From sequence record PP777464.1: 64,000 bases of DNA; one strand, given 5' to 3'. Positions 45,188 to 55,775 of this stretch are shown in pieces. Position 1 is the stretch's first letter. The number at the start of each line of letters is the position of its first letter. Both the position numbers and the translations under genes were made by a program. The notes under the pieces were generated by a model that saw nothing but the letters and a program-made list of their open reading frames with translations, was not told the DNA's origin and made no database searches. This DNA comes from Escherichia phage fEgEco12.

Positions 45188-45667
45188 ATGTCCAAAGACC
45201 TATCATTTAGCAATGCACAAAAAATCGCACAAAATATCATTAAACTTCATAAGTTCTTTGTAACAGTTAAAGAGAATATAATTCTCCCACGATGCACACT
45301 TTATGCGTACAAAAATTATTTGTCAATGAATAGCAATTTGTTGCATACTACAGATGAGAATTTCTGTGGTATTCGTGTACTTGACGATGCACCATCAGGG
45401 GATTTTATCTCATATTGTTTCCATACATCTGATAGTTTTAAGTACTATCATCCTAGATCTAATGATGATGATGAATATGACACATTTAATGTTAGATCAG
45501 AAGAAGAATTCTTCCAGTACAGTACTTTGTACAATGAGAGAATCGTGTTTAGTTCTACAATTTTTACAGTACTTAAAGATGAACTCAATGACGCAAATGA
45601 TAGATTCTATATGGATTTAAACTTCGTAGATGAAATCATTGAGTACATGGAGAAAAATGGTCTATGA
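45188..45667 (+). CDS. B-family protein
   Basis: Motif SEEEFFQYSTLYN; own promoter. Confidence 0.65.
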   Translation: MSKDLSFSNAQKIAQNIIKLHKFFVTVKENIILPRCTLYAYKNYLSMNSNLLHTTDENFCGIRVLDDAPSGDFISYCFHTSDSFKYYHPRSNDDDEYDTFNVRSEEEFFQYSTLYNERIVFSSTIFTVLKDELNDANDRFYMDLNFVDEIIEYMEKNGL

Positions 45668-46146
45668 TTACAACAGAATATGATTACGATGGTGTTTTAG
45701 AATTTGCATCTAACATTCATCGCATTGCAAAGGAGTTCAGAAGTCCCCAACCTTTCGGTGGAATGCCTTTTGGTGGAATGTTCCAATATGACCAATTCAG
45801 TTCAACCAAAGGAAGACTTGCCTTTAAAAATAATAAGGGCAATCAAGTATATGCTGAGTTCTTTGACGATAATGACTTTCACTACAGAGCTGAATATATT
45901 TCATATTGCCAAGGGTCTGATTTGAAGATTAACATTGATACATTTAGAGATTCAGTGTTTATCCCTTATAGTGAGTTAGTTTTCATGACAGAAGAAATGT
46001 ACTTCCAAGGGTCTTGTATTCATGATGCAAAAGTACTTAATGCTATATTACTTTATGGTGCACTACTTCATCATTACAAATACAAACAACGATTCTTTAT
46101 AGATTTAGTTGTATACCATCAATGCGTGGATTATTTGAATGCATAA
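45664..46146 (+). CDS. B-family protein
   Basis: Motif TEEMYFQGSCIHD; ATGA junction. Confidence 0.6.
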   Translation: MITTEYDYDGVLEFASNIHRIAKEFRSPQPFGGMPFGGMFQYDQFSSTKGRLAFKNNKGNQVYAEFFDDNDFHYRAEYISYCQGSDLKINIDTFRDSVFIPYSELVFMTEEMYFQGSCIHDAKVLNAILLYGALLHHYKYKQRFFIDLVVYHQCVDYLNA

Positions 46147-46501
46147 TACAACAACAATTCAGTACATGACGGATGGCAATGATTGCTTTGCTTCAAGATA
46201 TGAATTCATCAAGAACCATTTCGTAACCTATATCCCTGAATATAATCAGTTTTATCTACAGATTTACCAAAATGATTCATATATGAATGAGATATATTCT
46301 GAAATAAAAATCCCTGATTATAGTACTTTATCAGAAGAGGAATTGTTTCAGGAGAGCACTGTCAATACTGAAGATGTGTACGAACTAATGGAATACCAGA
46401 AGGTACTTAAATATTTCCATGAAGTTCAGGATATACAAATGGATAGTGTTAAAACGTGGAATTATAACACATACGAGGTAAATTATGTTCGAAATGATTA
46501 A
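46139..46501 (+). CDS. B-family protein
   Basis: Motif SEEELFQESTVNT. Confidence 0.6.
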   Translation: MHNTTTIQYMTDGNDCFASRYEFIKNHFVTYIPEYNQFYLQIYQNDSYMNEIYSEIKIPDYSTLSEEELFQESTVNTEDVYELMEYQKVLKYFHEVQDIQMDSVKTWNYNTYEVNYVRND

Positions 46502-46898
46502 AATTATGCAACGATGCATTGTTGACCAACATGGAATATATGGATATAGTTTAAGTGCAGCTATTGACAAAAACAAAACAACATATGTAAGCTATAATGC
46601 AGTACTTGGATTTGATATATTCATTAATGCCAACAATAAAATCAAACAAGCCAAGGATGTATCTATAATGACCCCTGATGAGCTATTTCAGTACAGCTTA
46701 GTTCTGCCGGGCTGTATTGATTTACAACGTCTAGGAGCTATACAGAAGGTTTTACGCGAACATAAAGTACAACCAAATAAAATCACACACATTCCAGAAA
46801 CATTCTACAAACCCATAGAAGTAGAAACCCCTGATTATATGTTAAGTGATGATGAGTTCTACGAGAAACACTTCCCTGGTAAAGTTTGGAGAGACTAA
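46485..46898 (+). CDS. B-family protein
   Basis: Motif TPDELFQYSLVLP. Confidence 0.6.
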   Translation: MFEMIKIMQRCIVDQHGIYGYSLSAAIDKNKTTYVSYNAVLGFDIFINANNKIKQAKDVSIMTPDELFQYSLVLPGCIDLQRLGAIQKVLREHKVQPNKITHIPETFYKPIEVETPDYMLSDDEFYEKHFPGKVWRD

Positions 46899-47380
46899 TG
46901 AACCGAAAGTACAGAGAAACTATGAAGTTCGCTAAGGAGTGTTTAGAGACAGTTGATTTCATTTTCGATAACAAAGACTCATTGGGTCGCCACTTCGTAA
47001 TTACAAAGAAAGAAGATAAGAGATACAAATGTCAACGATTAGGATACAGTATTGAGTTCTCCTTAATGATTGATGGCATGATAAACTCCTTATATGAATG
47101 TGGTAAGACTGATTACATTTCATTTAGATCTTGGAGTGAACGTGTCATGTTCTTGACTCCAAATGGAGTTGTATATCCTTTTCTTGATGATTTATCAGAA
47201 GAAAGTTACTTTCAAAATAGTTTAATTTACACAGAAAAAGAACTCAAGATGCTATTCATTATGTCGTACTTTAAAAAGTACTGCAAATTTAAATCATTAG
47301 CTTTTGAGATTTCTGCAATGAAAGTATTCATTAAAAATGTAAAAGAATTAAAGAGGATTTACGATGTACATAGAAAATGA
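46886..47380 (+). CDS. B-family protein
   Basis: Motif SEESYFQNSLIYT. Confidence 0.6.
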   Translation: MERLMNRKYRETMKFAKECLETVDFIFDNKDSLGRHFVITKKEDKRYKCQRLGYSIEFSLMIDGMINSLYECGKTDYISFRSWSERVMFLTPNGVVYPFLDDLSEESYFQNSLIYTEKELKMLFIMSYFKKYCKFKSLAFEISAMKVFIKNVKELKRIYDVHRK

Positions 47381-47906
47381 TAATGTAAAATGCATTGCCG
47401 ACATTTGTATAAAATTAATGAAAATTTTCATTAACCCAAAATACAAGACTCGTTCATTACGTCATGACATTGATGAACATTGTGTAATTACTATTCTAGG
47501 TAATATGCTTGATGTAAAGTACGATGGTAAATTGTTATTCGGTATACGAGAAGAGAAGATAGATGATGTCTTCTTTTCTCCTAAAGATAAGTTTGAACCT
47601 TCTGATTATAAAGTAATTATTCGTGATGATAGTATCTACATTAGTAGTGATCATTCAAATTACGTCGAACAGATATACACTGAAAATGTTGACTACAACC
47701 ATGAACTACTAGATTTACCAACATCAGACATAGATATGGAGAGAATCAAATTTTCATTATCAAATAATGAGTACTTAGGTATACAAACATATTATGCACT
47801 TCAGGGAAAGATTCCACCTGCGATGTATATAAGAATTGAGATTGGTAATGTATTCAATGAGAAGGTTATATCAATTGCTGATAAAATATTGAAGGTACAA
47901 TTATGA
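47364..47906 (+). CDS. hypothetical protein in array (motif degenerate)
   Basis: ORF track. Confidence 0.45.
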   Translation: MYIENDNVKCIADICIKLMKIFINPKYKTRSLRHDIDEHCVITILGNMLDVKYDGKLLFGIREEKIDDVFFSPKDKFEPSDYKVIIRDDSIYISSDHSNYVEQIYTENVDYNHELLDLPTSDIDMERIKFSLSNNEYLGIQTYYALQGKIPPAMYIRIEIGNVFNEKVISIADKILKVQL

Positions 47907-48460
47907 ATTTTACTAATTATAATTTACATAGACTTGAATTACGTCATTGTATTGCATTTGCAAAAACATTAATGTGCATCATTGATACACTATCATCTAA
48001 AACTTTTCGAAAGGATAATGATTTATGCCTTAAAAAAGGTAAAGTACAAAAATACGATTATACAGATGAAACGTATTTTGATATCTTTTTGGGAACAAAT
48101 GATAGTACAAGAGTAGGATGTTTGGGAACAGTTGGAACACATTGCTTTACATGGAATCCAAATTCAAGTAAAGTACGAATTGACACCAACGATACATGTT
48201 ATGCTGACCTTAGTACTGAATCTGATTTAGAATCAGTTATGTTCCAACACATGTTAATTCATAAACCAAATGAAATTCTTTATCTTGTTGCTTTTAGTTA
48301 TCTCTTACAAAATTATAAATCAGGTTTTACTATTGAAACTGATATCGATGAGATTATGGATGAGATTCCTAGTTTAAAAGATATTCTTGAAGAAAAAGAT
48401 TTCTATCAGGACTTTAGAGATTTATACAACATGCACAGGGAGTTATCTGATAATGAATAA
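47903..48460 (+). CDS. B-family protein (divergent)
   Basis: Motif LESVMFQHMLIHK; ATGA junction. Confidence 0.55.
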   Translation: MNFTNYNLHRLELRHCIAFAKTLMCIIDTLSSKTFRKDNDLCLKKGKVQKYDYTDETYFDIFLGTNDSTRVGCLGTVGTHCFTWNPNSSKVRIDTNDTCYADLSTESDLESVMFQHMLIHKPNEILYLVAFSYLLQNYKSGFTIETDIDEIMDEIPSLKDILEEKDFYQDFRDLYNMHRELSDNE

Positions 48461-48971
48461 AGATGATATTCTAATCAGACTAATCAACAGTCTGTTAAAA
48501 TTCGTGAATAGTGATAGCGATACACACAATGTAGGTGACATTGAATTCAAATCATTTGGAATGTACGGTGAGGACAAAACATATTATGCATCAATGAAAT
48601 TCCAAGATTATTATGAAATGTTAATTGCGTTAACATACGAAGATGTGGACCAAAGATGGAGTTCCAGTATTTCTCTGTCGAGAATGGTAATTCGTAGTAA
48701 ACATCGTTACATTTCGTCAAAGAATACTCCTAATTTGTTTGATATTGTTTTGAATGAAAATACCAACCCCCCATCTAAACATGATATCGTACCTTTAACT
48801 GATGAAGTACAGTTTCAATTGAGTACCATTTGTGATGAAGATGTGATATCATGTATGAAAATTTACGAGAAGATTGGTAGTGATATCCCTAAGAACTATT
48901 ACATAACAATAGATGGAACGTACCTCCGAGATGAGGCTCTAGCGTACATTGACAGCGTTTTACCAAAATAA
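48453..48971 (+). CDS. B-family protein (divergent)
   Basis: Motif TDEVQFQLSTICD. Confidence 0.55.
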   Translation: MNKDDILIRLINSLLKFVNSDSDTHNVGDIEFKSFGMYGEDKTYYASMKFQDYYEMLIALTYEDVDQRWSSSISLSRMVIRSKHRYISSKNTPNLFDIVLNENTNPPSKHDIVPLTDEVQFQLSTICDEDVISCMKIYEKIGSDIPKNYYITIDGTYLRDEALAYIDSVLPK

Positions 48972-48992
48972 AGACCCTTATGGGTCTTTTTG
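48972..48992 (+). terminator. Rho-independent terminator inside array
   Basis: AGACCC-ttat-GGGTCT then TTTTTGTGTTT. Confidence 0.6.
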
Positions 48993-49002
48993 TGTTTAGT
49001 GC

Positions 49003-49031
49003 TTTACATGAGCATTCAGGTGTGTTATAAT
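49003..49031 (+). promoter_or_regulatory. Internal sigma70-like promoter
   Basis: TTTACA, 17 nt, TATAAT; RBS CAGGAG before 49059. Confidence 0.55.
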
Positions 49032-49058
49032 CGCTTTTAACAGAGTACAGGAGAAGAT

Positions 49059-49622
49059 ATGAGTACTGAATTAATTAAAGAAATCACATTGTTGGTAAAG
49101 CATTGTTTTAAGTTCATTGATGATAATGGTTCACGCCAGTACATTAAAGTTAATGAGAAATATAACATTAACGTCCTAAAGAATGAAACCGTTAACAGTT
49201 ATGCAAACATTGAGTTAGATGTTGAGGACAAATACACCGCATTACACATCATTTCGTCCGGCGATAGAAAACAAGATTATCGTTCTACATTTTATGATGA
49301 TAGTGTTACTGTTGGTTATAAATTTCATAAAAATAAAATTGCTTATAAGAATACATACACACATGAAGTAATTGAAGAGTACAATTATAAAATTAAAAAA
49401 GACGAGTACGATGTACTTTTATTCAATGCGAACCTCATACACAACGCTGGTACTGTTCGCAATCTTATGTTAGCATATGAAATTCCAAAGATTATAGAAA
49501 GAAATGAATTGATAATCTTTAAAACTATATTAAAATTCAGTACAGAAGAATTAGAAGATCTAGTACTGGCTCTTAAGACGTTCATCAATGAACATGTACC
49601 TGTTAAATTAGAGGACTTATAA
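49059..49622 (+). CDS. hypothetical protein in array, no family motif
   Basis: ORF track; own promoter and RBS. Confidence 0.55.
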   Translation: MSTELIKEITLLVKHCFKFIDDNGSRQYIKVNEKYNINVLKNETVNSYANIELDVEDKYTALHIISSGDRKQDYRSTFYDDSVTVGYKFHKNKIAYKNTYTHEVIEEYNYKIKKDEYDVLLFNANLIHNAGTVRNLMLAYEIPKIIERNELIIFKTILKFSTEELEDLVLALKTFINEHVPVKLEDL

Positions 49623-50206
49623 TGCAAGCTGAACACATTCAAATTATGAAATTGATGCATGACATTGCAGAACTATCTGAAAAGCACAACATTACTGAAC
49701 ATGAGCCTATTGGAAATTATCGTCTTAAAGTTGAATGCAAATCACCATATCGTTTTGGTTCAGTAGTACTGGAGTCTTATAAAGTTTACGATTATGGAAC
49801 GACAAAAAAAGGTTCATGGGATACTATGGCAATGTATATCCGTACATCAAGGCATAGTGAGCGAATTGGTTCCATTACTCCAAACATGATATTTGTCAAT
49901 GCTTTACACGAAGATATTAATCGAATTGTTGAATCTAATTTTGATGACGTAGAGAATGATACATATTTGGAAATTCCACCAGAACTAGATCAAAGTGAAG
50001 ACATTCGTGAAGCATACATTTTCCAGAGATCAGTACTTGACAACTTCAAGGAGTTTGAGTACATGATGCTTTGCTATGAAACTGCAAAAGCTATTGACAC
50101 TGGTGAATTGGTAATGTATAGTAAGTTCATTAACTGTGAATCCGATACATTAAAAGAGCTACACACGGCAATCAAAAACATCAAGGATACATATGAACGC
50201 TTATAG
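49622..50206 (+). CDS. B-family protein
   Basis: Motif IREAYIFQRSVLD. Confidence 0.55.
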   Translation: MQAEHIQIMKLMHDIAELSEKHNITEHEPIGNYRLKVECKSPYRFGSVVLESYKVYDYGTTKKGSWDTMAMYIRTSRHSERIGSITPNMIFVNALHEDINRIVESNFDDVENDTYLEIPPELDQSEDIREAYIFQRSVLDNFKEFEYMMLCYETAKAIDTGELVMYSKFINCESDTLKELHTAIKNIKDTYERL

Positions 50207-50771
50207 TTATATGACAGCCCGACACCAACAGCTATATGATATCAGTACAAAGATGCTACACATTGTTGGTAGTGCCAAAGAAATTAACAAACATTACCTC
50301 ATTCGTGATGTGTCATTTTCATCTAAATGTATGTCCAAAGAATATTACGATCACGGTATTCTTACTATTTCTGGTGCCAGGAATATTTGTATTGTAAAAA
50401 ATAATAGTAAAAGTAATGAAGAGTGCGAGATTAGATCCGATATCCAAATTAATGATGATGGAAGTTTTTCACACCATCCATTTCATATTAGTACTGTTGG
50501 TGTTTTATATAATATTAAAGTACTATTCGGTGATAAAGAGTATGAGTTAAAAGCTATCAATCCAGAATCAAGTACAGTTGATGAAGAACTGTTTCAGATG
50601 AGCACCGTTATACCTGAAGAGGTTCTTAGTACTGTTATTTTTTGTAGTTTAATTTATCACACATACAAAAAGTACCAGTTCGATTTCCACATTTTAGGAA
50701 CGTACATCTTCAATACTTTGAATGTTGATCGTTTAAAAGCATTAAATGCAGCAATGGATAAGGTGCTATAA
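50193..50771 (+). CDS. B-family protein
   Basis: Motif VDEELFQMSTVIP. Confidence 0.6.
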   Translation: MNAYSYMTARHQQLYDISTKMLHIVGSAKEINKHYLIRDVSFSSKCMSKEYYDHGILTISGARNICIVKNNSKSNEECEIRSDIQINDDGSFSHHPFHISTVGVLYNIKVLFGDKEYELKAINPESSTVDEELFQMSTVIPEEVLSTVIFCSLIYHTYKKYQFDFHILGTYIFNTLNVDRLKALNAAMDKVL

Positions 50772-51199
50772 TGACAAGAGATGAATGCTTATACATATGG
50801 GATATAATTGAAACTACACTTTCAAATCCAGAAAATTATAAAACAAAAAAAAGACAACGACACAAAATATGGATAGATTTGTTCGTTGAGGGCATACACG
50901 CAGTGACTATTTGGGATTCACCGAGGGCATCATCATCTACTCTGTTGGACAATGAATGCATTGATTGCATTAATTCCAATTTTCATCTCTACGGTACTAC
51001 ATATTTCGGCACATTTCTGGATATTGAAAGTAAAGATGATATTGATTCACTTGCTTTACAATACGGAGTACTGTATGATACTAAATTAATTTACGATTTA
51101 GTACTAGCTTCTTATGTGTATAAATTAATGATGAAATATAATCATATTTCAGTTTCAGTTTATACTAAGGATATTCTTTCATTAAGAGACAAAACATGA
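50771..51199 (+). CDS. hypothetical protein in array (motif degenerate)
   Basis: ORF track; possible remnant ALQYGVLYD. Confidence 0.45.
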   Translation: MTRDECLYIWDIIETTLSNPENYKTKKRQRHKIWIDLFVEGIHAVTIWDSPRASSSTLLDNECIDCINSNFHLYGTTYFGTFLDIESKDDIDSLALQYGVLYDTKLIYDLVLASYVYKLMMKYNHISVSVYTKDILSLRDKT

Positions 51200-51702
51200 G
51201 TTTATTAAATGCACGAGAATTAGTTGAGATGTATGAGATCTTATCTTCATATAAAAATTCCCCAAAAGATGTAATTCTAAACAAAAAGTTCCATGTCAAT
51301 GTTGATCATATGAAAAATATAGATATGATTTCTTTAGTGGAAAGTCGTAAATCGGGTATTGAGCGTGATATCATGCGTTTGATTTATATTACCAAACCAT
51401 CATATACTAATGATAGTTCAATTAGTAATGAGACGTTTTTGTACACTCCTTATACTGATTGTACTTTAGTTTCAATGTCTAATCAGAAACAAGATACTAT
51501 CCAATTCATCAATACCAGTACTGATAACATTGAAGAAAATGAATTCCAAAACAATACATTAAGTTCATGTAGTAGTGTTATAACCTTTATGTCATATCTG
51601 TGGTCAATCAAATCAAATGCAATTGTATATAGTTCTAATTACACACAAGATTGTATTGTTGAATCATTTAAAGTTCTAAAGGAATACTATGAAAATAACT
51701 AA
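51196..51702 (+). CDS. B-family protein (divergent)
   Basis: Motif IEENEFQNNTLSS; ATGA junction. Confidence 0.55.
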   Translation: MSLLNARELVEMYEILSSYKNSPKDVILNKKFHVNVDHMKNIDMISLVESRKSGIERDIMRLIYITKPSYTNDSSISNETFLYTPYTDCTLVSMSNQKQDTIQFINTSTDNIEENEFQNNTLSSCSSVITFMSYLWSIKSNAIVYSSNYTQDCIVESFKVLKEYYENN

Positions 51703-52270
51703 TGATTTTATTAGAAGCTTAGTGCACCCTATGCTTGGTGTTATGAAAAAACTACAGACTCTACCTGAAGACAACGATTACAAGTTTAATCGTTTTGATT
51801 CGGATGTGTTTTGTATTGAAATGGAAATTAATAACAATCGTTATTTTCATTTAAAATTCAAAGAATCGTCGAGTTCGCACTACAACTTTGACATGAATTT
51901 TAAAATAAGCAATGATATTGAAGAAAACGCAATATCAAATCATATTAGCAGAAATGGTTTCATGCATAGAACTAATATGTTCAATAATAAAAACAGTATT
52001 ATATCTAAATGGAATCATCAATTCACTAAAATTTGTGATATTGATTGCAGTACATTTGGTGAAGAACAATACTTTCAGTTAAGTACAATACATGAACTTC
52101 CACCATATGATTGTGTAAAAACATGGTTTGATATTCATAATATAATTGATGATGCAATCGTACTTCCATTTGGGTTGTCAATATCATATACTGCACCTAA
52201 AACGTTTGTTTTTACTGAAGATATGATTATGAAAAAGATATGGGCGATGATGCCACTTATGCTTGATTAA
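51689..52270 (+). CDS. B-family protein
   Basis: Motif GEEQYFQLSTIHE. Confidence 0.6.
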   Translation: MKITNDFIRSLVHPMLGVMKKLQTLPEDNDYKFNRFDSDVFCIEMEINNNRYFHLKFKESSSSHYNFDMNFKISNDIEENAISNHISRNGFMHRTNMFNNKNSIISKWNHQFTKICDIDCSTFGEEQYFQLSTIHELPPYDCVKTWFDIHNIIDDAIVLPFGLSISYTAPKTFVFTEDMIMKKIWAMMPLMLD

Positions 52271-52281
52271 CGGAGAACTAC

Positions 52282-52833
52282 ATGAATCAAAGTCATGATC
52301 TTTTTAAATTATGTGCATCCAAAGATGTGGAAGGATGGGCAGATAAAATCAATACAATTATTAACCGTTATCTTGGCTTCTGTGCACGTTCACGAAGTGA
52401 AGGTTCAATGCGTTTCCAAATAACCATGACAATCGATGGTGTTACGATTTATGTCAACGAAGAACGTCTTGGTATTAATCTCTATGATAGTTGTGTCTTT
52501 GCTATTCACCAGAAAATGGGGGCAGGTTGGGGTTGTAATAATATGAACACCAATGCTTTTTTCTGGGTAGGTCATAGCAACACAGTACTTGATCCTTCAA
52601 AGAAATCAAACCTTTTAGATGATAATTTGGTATATGATTTAGCTTACTCTGAAGAACAACATTTCCAGTTAAGTACAATACATAGCTTAGTTCAATATGA
52701 AGATTGTATCAAAGCATTAGAATTATGCCATTCACTTGAACTTAAAGAAAAATTGATACAAATTTACCCACTGTTCTTCCATGAAGAAGTACAATGCACA
52801 CTAGATCATATTTTATATGGGTACGACAAATGA
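52282..52833 (+). CDS. B-family protein
   Basis: Motif SEEQHFQLSTIHS; paralog of 51689. Confidence 0.6.
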   Translation: MNQSHDLFKLCASKDVEGWADKINTIINRYLGFCARSRSEGSMRFQITMTIDGVTIYVNEERLGINLYDSCVFAIHQKMGAGWGCNNMNTNAFFWVGHSNTVLDPSKKSNLLDDNLVYDLAYSEEQHFQLSTIHSLVQYEDCIKALELCHSLELKEKLIQIYPLFFHEEVQCTLDHILYGYDK

Positions 52834-53432
52834 GAAAAAGTTATCAAGAAGCTATTGACCTAATTCGAGAAGTTATTAAGGTGGCTCCTGATGCGATAGC
52901 ATTCAAGAAGTCCCTATATAAAAAGTATGGTCCCATGTCAAGTATGTGCTGTCAAAAGAAACGTAGTAAATTCACTACGCAGTACTGGCATGATTCTATT
53001 ATCCTGAGTAATGAACATCAGCGTATTTTAACAATCGAATCAGTAGATAATCAATATGGTGAAGGAATGATTTGTGTTCCTGACTATGATGAAATTAATT
53101 TCAATTGTGGAGATTATGAGACTACATTATTATTACACGAGGGTTACCCTGAAGGTGATGTAATGGCAGAGTATAACCCAAAAACCAAAATACTGAAACG
53201 TGGTATGCAGTTCAAAATCAATAACAAAGATGATGTGGAAGCAGCACTAATGCAACTTAGTACTAGTGAACCTATCACTATTGATGTAGAAGAGTTATGG
53301 GGCATCATTTCAGTACTTAATGAGTGTTATAAAATTAAATCATTACACAAGTACGCTATCATTTTACATACTAATTGTGCAATGATAAAATGCAAGAACA
53401 TACAAGAGATGGCGGTTCCAGATGAACTTTAA
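52830..53432 (+). CDS. B-family protein (divergent)
   Basis: Motif VEAALMQLSTSEP; ATGA junction. Confidence 0.5.
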   Translation: MRKSYQEAIDLIREVIKVAPDAIAFKKSLYKKYGPMSSMCCQKKRSKFTTQYWHDSIILSNEHQRILTIESVDNQYGEGMICVPDYDEINFNCGDYETTLLLHEGYPEGDVMAEYNPKTKILKRGMQFKINNKDDVEAALMQLSTSEPITIDVEELWGIISVLNECYKIKSLHKYAIILHTNCAMIKCKNIQEMAVPDEL

Positions 53433-54006
53433 AGAAATAGAAAGTAAAATTAAGTACTTTAAAGATATTAAAAAACTTTGGGAAAAGTATAAAATTGATT
53501 ATCAATTCCAAGATGATGATACTGTTCAAAACATTGATATTAATATTCGTGTAAAGTTCAAGAATGGCAATTATGGCGAAGTTAAATTGAATGCTATTGG
53601 TGTATTCCTTAAGGATTATGATGGTTCTTCACTCGCTCAATTCGATTTCACACCTGATCCTGATGATATGTTATTGAGTGAAGTCAATGCATATGACCTT
53701 GAGATGTTTAATGGTAAACCTTTACTATTCCGCTTATCAGATGAATGGGATGAGATTTACTACACATACAAAGATGGTGTGATTCGAGACGCAAATGATG
53801 AAGTAGTAAATGATATGGAAGAACGTCTATTTCAAGAATCATGTGTGTCATCGGAGTCATATACATATCAATATCTACTTGACATGTTCGATTTGTATAG
53901 TAAAATAGATTCAGAAATGAGTACATTGGGTATTCATTATCTTACAATCAACGACTTTGCACAACTTGAAACAGCGGTTAAAGCCCTGGTCAAAGTACTG
54001 AAATAG
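53422..54006 (+). CDS. B-family protein
   Basis: Motif MEERLFQESCVSS. Confidence 0.6.
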   Translation: MNFKEIESKIKYFKDIKKLWEKYKIDYQFQDDDTVQNIDINIRVKFKNGNYGEVKLNAIGVFLKDYDGSSLAQFDFTPDPDDMLLSEVNAYDLEMFNGKPLLFRLSDEWDEIYYTYKDGVIRDANDEVVNDMEERLFQESCVSSESYTYQYLLDMFDLYSKIDSEMSTLGIHYLTINDFAQLETAVKALVKVLK

Positions 54007-54015
54007 GAATGAATT

Positions 54016-54429
54016 ATGAAACTGTATCATGCGAGTACTGTAAAAATTGATAACTTTTATATCCCGTATGGTGGTCTTCATATGGGAGGTAAACACAGTG
54101 CTTTAGAAGCTGCATTACGCAAGCTTAGAAGCCCACTGAACGTTGTTGACGCTGATACAGTATACTTACATACCTTAGAAGTTGATGTTGATAACGTGCT
54201 TCGGTGGACGGATATGGGCAGTGATGACGAATGGCGTGGAGTGATTGAGTACTGCGAAATTAACGGCTATGATGCAGTTCAGTACAAAAACGATTACGAA
54301 CCAGATACAGTTCCTAGCTATATGATTTGGGATACGTCTAAGGTTCGCATTGTCGAAGTTGATGCTATGCACATGGATGACGCAGAAATGATCATCGAAG
54401 ATTTCCTTGATGAATATGAAGGTGTATAA
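54016..54429 (+). CDS. hypothetical protein, no family motif
   Basis: ORF track; compositionally distinct (GC-richer codons). Confidence 0.5.
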   Translation: MKLYHASTVKIDNFYIPYGGLHMGGKHSALEAALRKLRSPLNVVDADTVYLHTLEVDVDNVLRWTDMGSDDEWRGVIEYCEINGYDAVQYKNDYEPDTVPSYMIWDTSKVRIVEVDAMHMDDAEMIIEDFLDEYEGV

Positions 54430-54947
54430 TGATTGAACCTATGACAGTACTAGCACGTACTAAATTATTATTGAAGATTGCTGAAATATTCACTGTTCTT
54501 ATGTACAATAATAAAGACATAAATGACTTAGATATTAAGCAACCGTGGCAAATTACAAAGTTCACGGCGTTCCACCGATTGTCATATAATGGTGAAACTG
54601 TTCTTGATTTTAATCCAAAAGCCAAGTTCGTGAATTACGCTGCATTATATGGATGTAATGGTGGATTAACAAATGACTTCACTAAAATAAAAGTACAATC
54701 AGAATCATTAGAATTTAATGACTTACTATATCCAGAATTTAAGTTAACTGAAGAATCACTATTTCAGTACTCACTAATTATAAAAGATGTATATGATCTT
54801 GAGTACTACAAAGAGTTAGTAGATATTTTTAAGAATACTCGACTTTCAAAAGATATTGTGATATTCTGGTATGTTGAGTATGTTACAGAGGAATTGCTTG
54901 AAGAATTTCTTCTAAATATGACAGCAATCAAGGAGAAGTTATGTTAG
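54429..54947 (+). CDS. B-family protein
   Basis: Motif TEESLFQYSLIIK. Confidence 0.6.
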   Translation: MIEPMTVLARTKLLLKIAEIFTVLMYNNKDINDLDIKQPWQITKFTAFHRLSYNGETVLDFNPKAKFVNYAALYGCNGGLTNDFTKIKVQSESLEFNDLLYPEFKLTEESLFQYSLIIKDVYDLEYYKELVDIFKNTRLSKDIVIFWYVEYVTEELLEEFLLNMTAIKEKLC

Positions 54948-55414
54948 ACATTTTAGGAAACATCGATACAGCAAATTATTTTATTCAAGATGCACTGTTC
55001 AATACAGTACAGAAAGGGTTGGATGTACGATGTAATATCCATCAGGGAGATGGGTATTTTGTTGATATCACTGAAACACGCAAGAACGTGTTCAATTTAA
55101 ACATTACCACATTGACACGTCAAAACATTGCACGTATTTTGGTTAATAAAGATGAAATAGTTCTTCGTTATAATTCCAAATTCTTGTTCACATACAAGAA
55201 GAAGACTGACATGTTCAGTACTAATTTGTTTGATGAACCCTTCAATCTGGAAGACTTAGAAGCAACTTTCTTTACACAGAACACTATGCTGAAATTCAAT
55301 GATGTTGAATTTTCATCAGAAGTAATGTCTGAAACACTACAAATGGTTAAGGTAGTATTCTATGCTTTTCAACAGTTTAACGAAGAACGAAACAAGGTTA
55401 ACAACAACAGATGA
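54941..55414 (+). CDS. B-family protein (divergent)
   Basis: Motif LEATFFTQNTMLK. Confidence 0.5.
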   Translation: MLDILGNIDTANYFIQDALFNTVQKGLDVRCNIHQGDGYFVDITETRKNVFNLNITTLTRQNIARILVNKDEIVLRYNSKFLFTYKKKTDMFSTNLFDEPFNLEDLEATFFTQNTMLKFNDVEFSSEVMSETLQMVKVVFYAFQQFNEERNKVNNNR

Positions 55415-55775
55415 ACTAATCGCGGCGATGGGAGCCAATGAGAAATACTTCAATGGGATTCATTTTTTTAAAACGGATCTTAGTGAAAGTAAAGTACTAT
55501 ATGTGTATGGCTCCCAGTACTGCATTGTTACAAAGCACCCCGATGCGATTTCACTAAAATTTAATACTTATTCAAAAAACTTCTTGACGATTAATAAAAG
55601 CAATGTTACTATGTCTGGTATAGGGAATCAGGTTGTTGAGATTCCTTTGGACTCAATTGATTCTATTGAGTTCTTTCAATACGAGTGCTTAGGTGTTGAT
55701 TTTGGTACTGTCAGTACTGAATCTATGCGATCATTAATTAATTTACTTAAAGGTAAAGTTCATGCTTTTAACTAA
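55362..55775 (+). CDS. B-family protein (divergent)
   Basis: Motif SIEFFQYECLGVD; start uncertain. Confidence 0.5.
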   Translation: MLFNSLTKNETRLTTTDELIAAMGANEKYFNGIHFFKTDLSESKVLYVYGSQYCIVTKHPDAISLKFNTYSKNFLTINKSNVTMSGIGNQVVEIPLDSIDSIEFFQYECLGVDFGTVSTESMRSLINLLKGKVHAFN

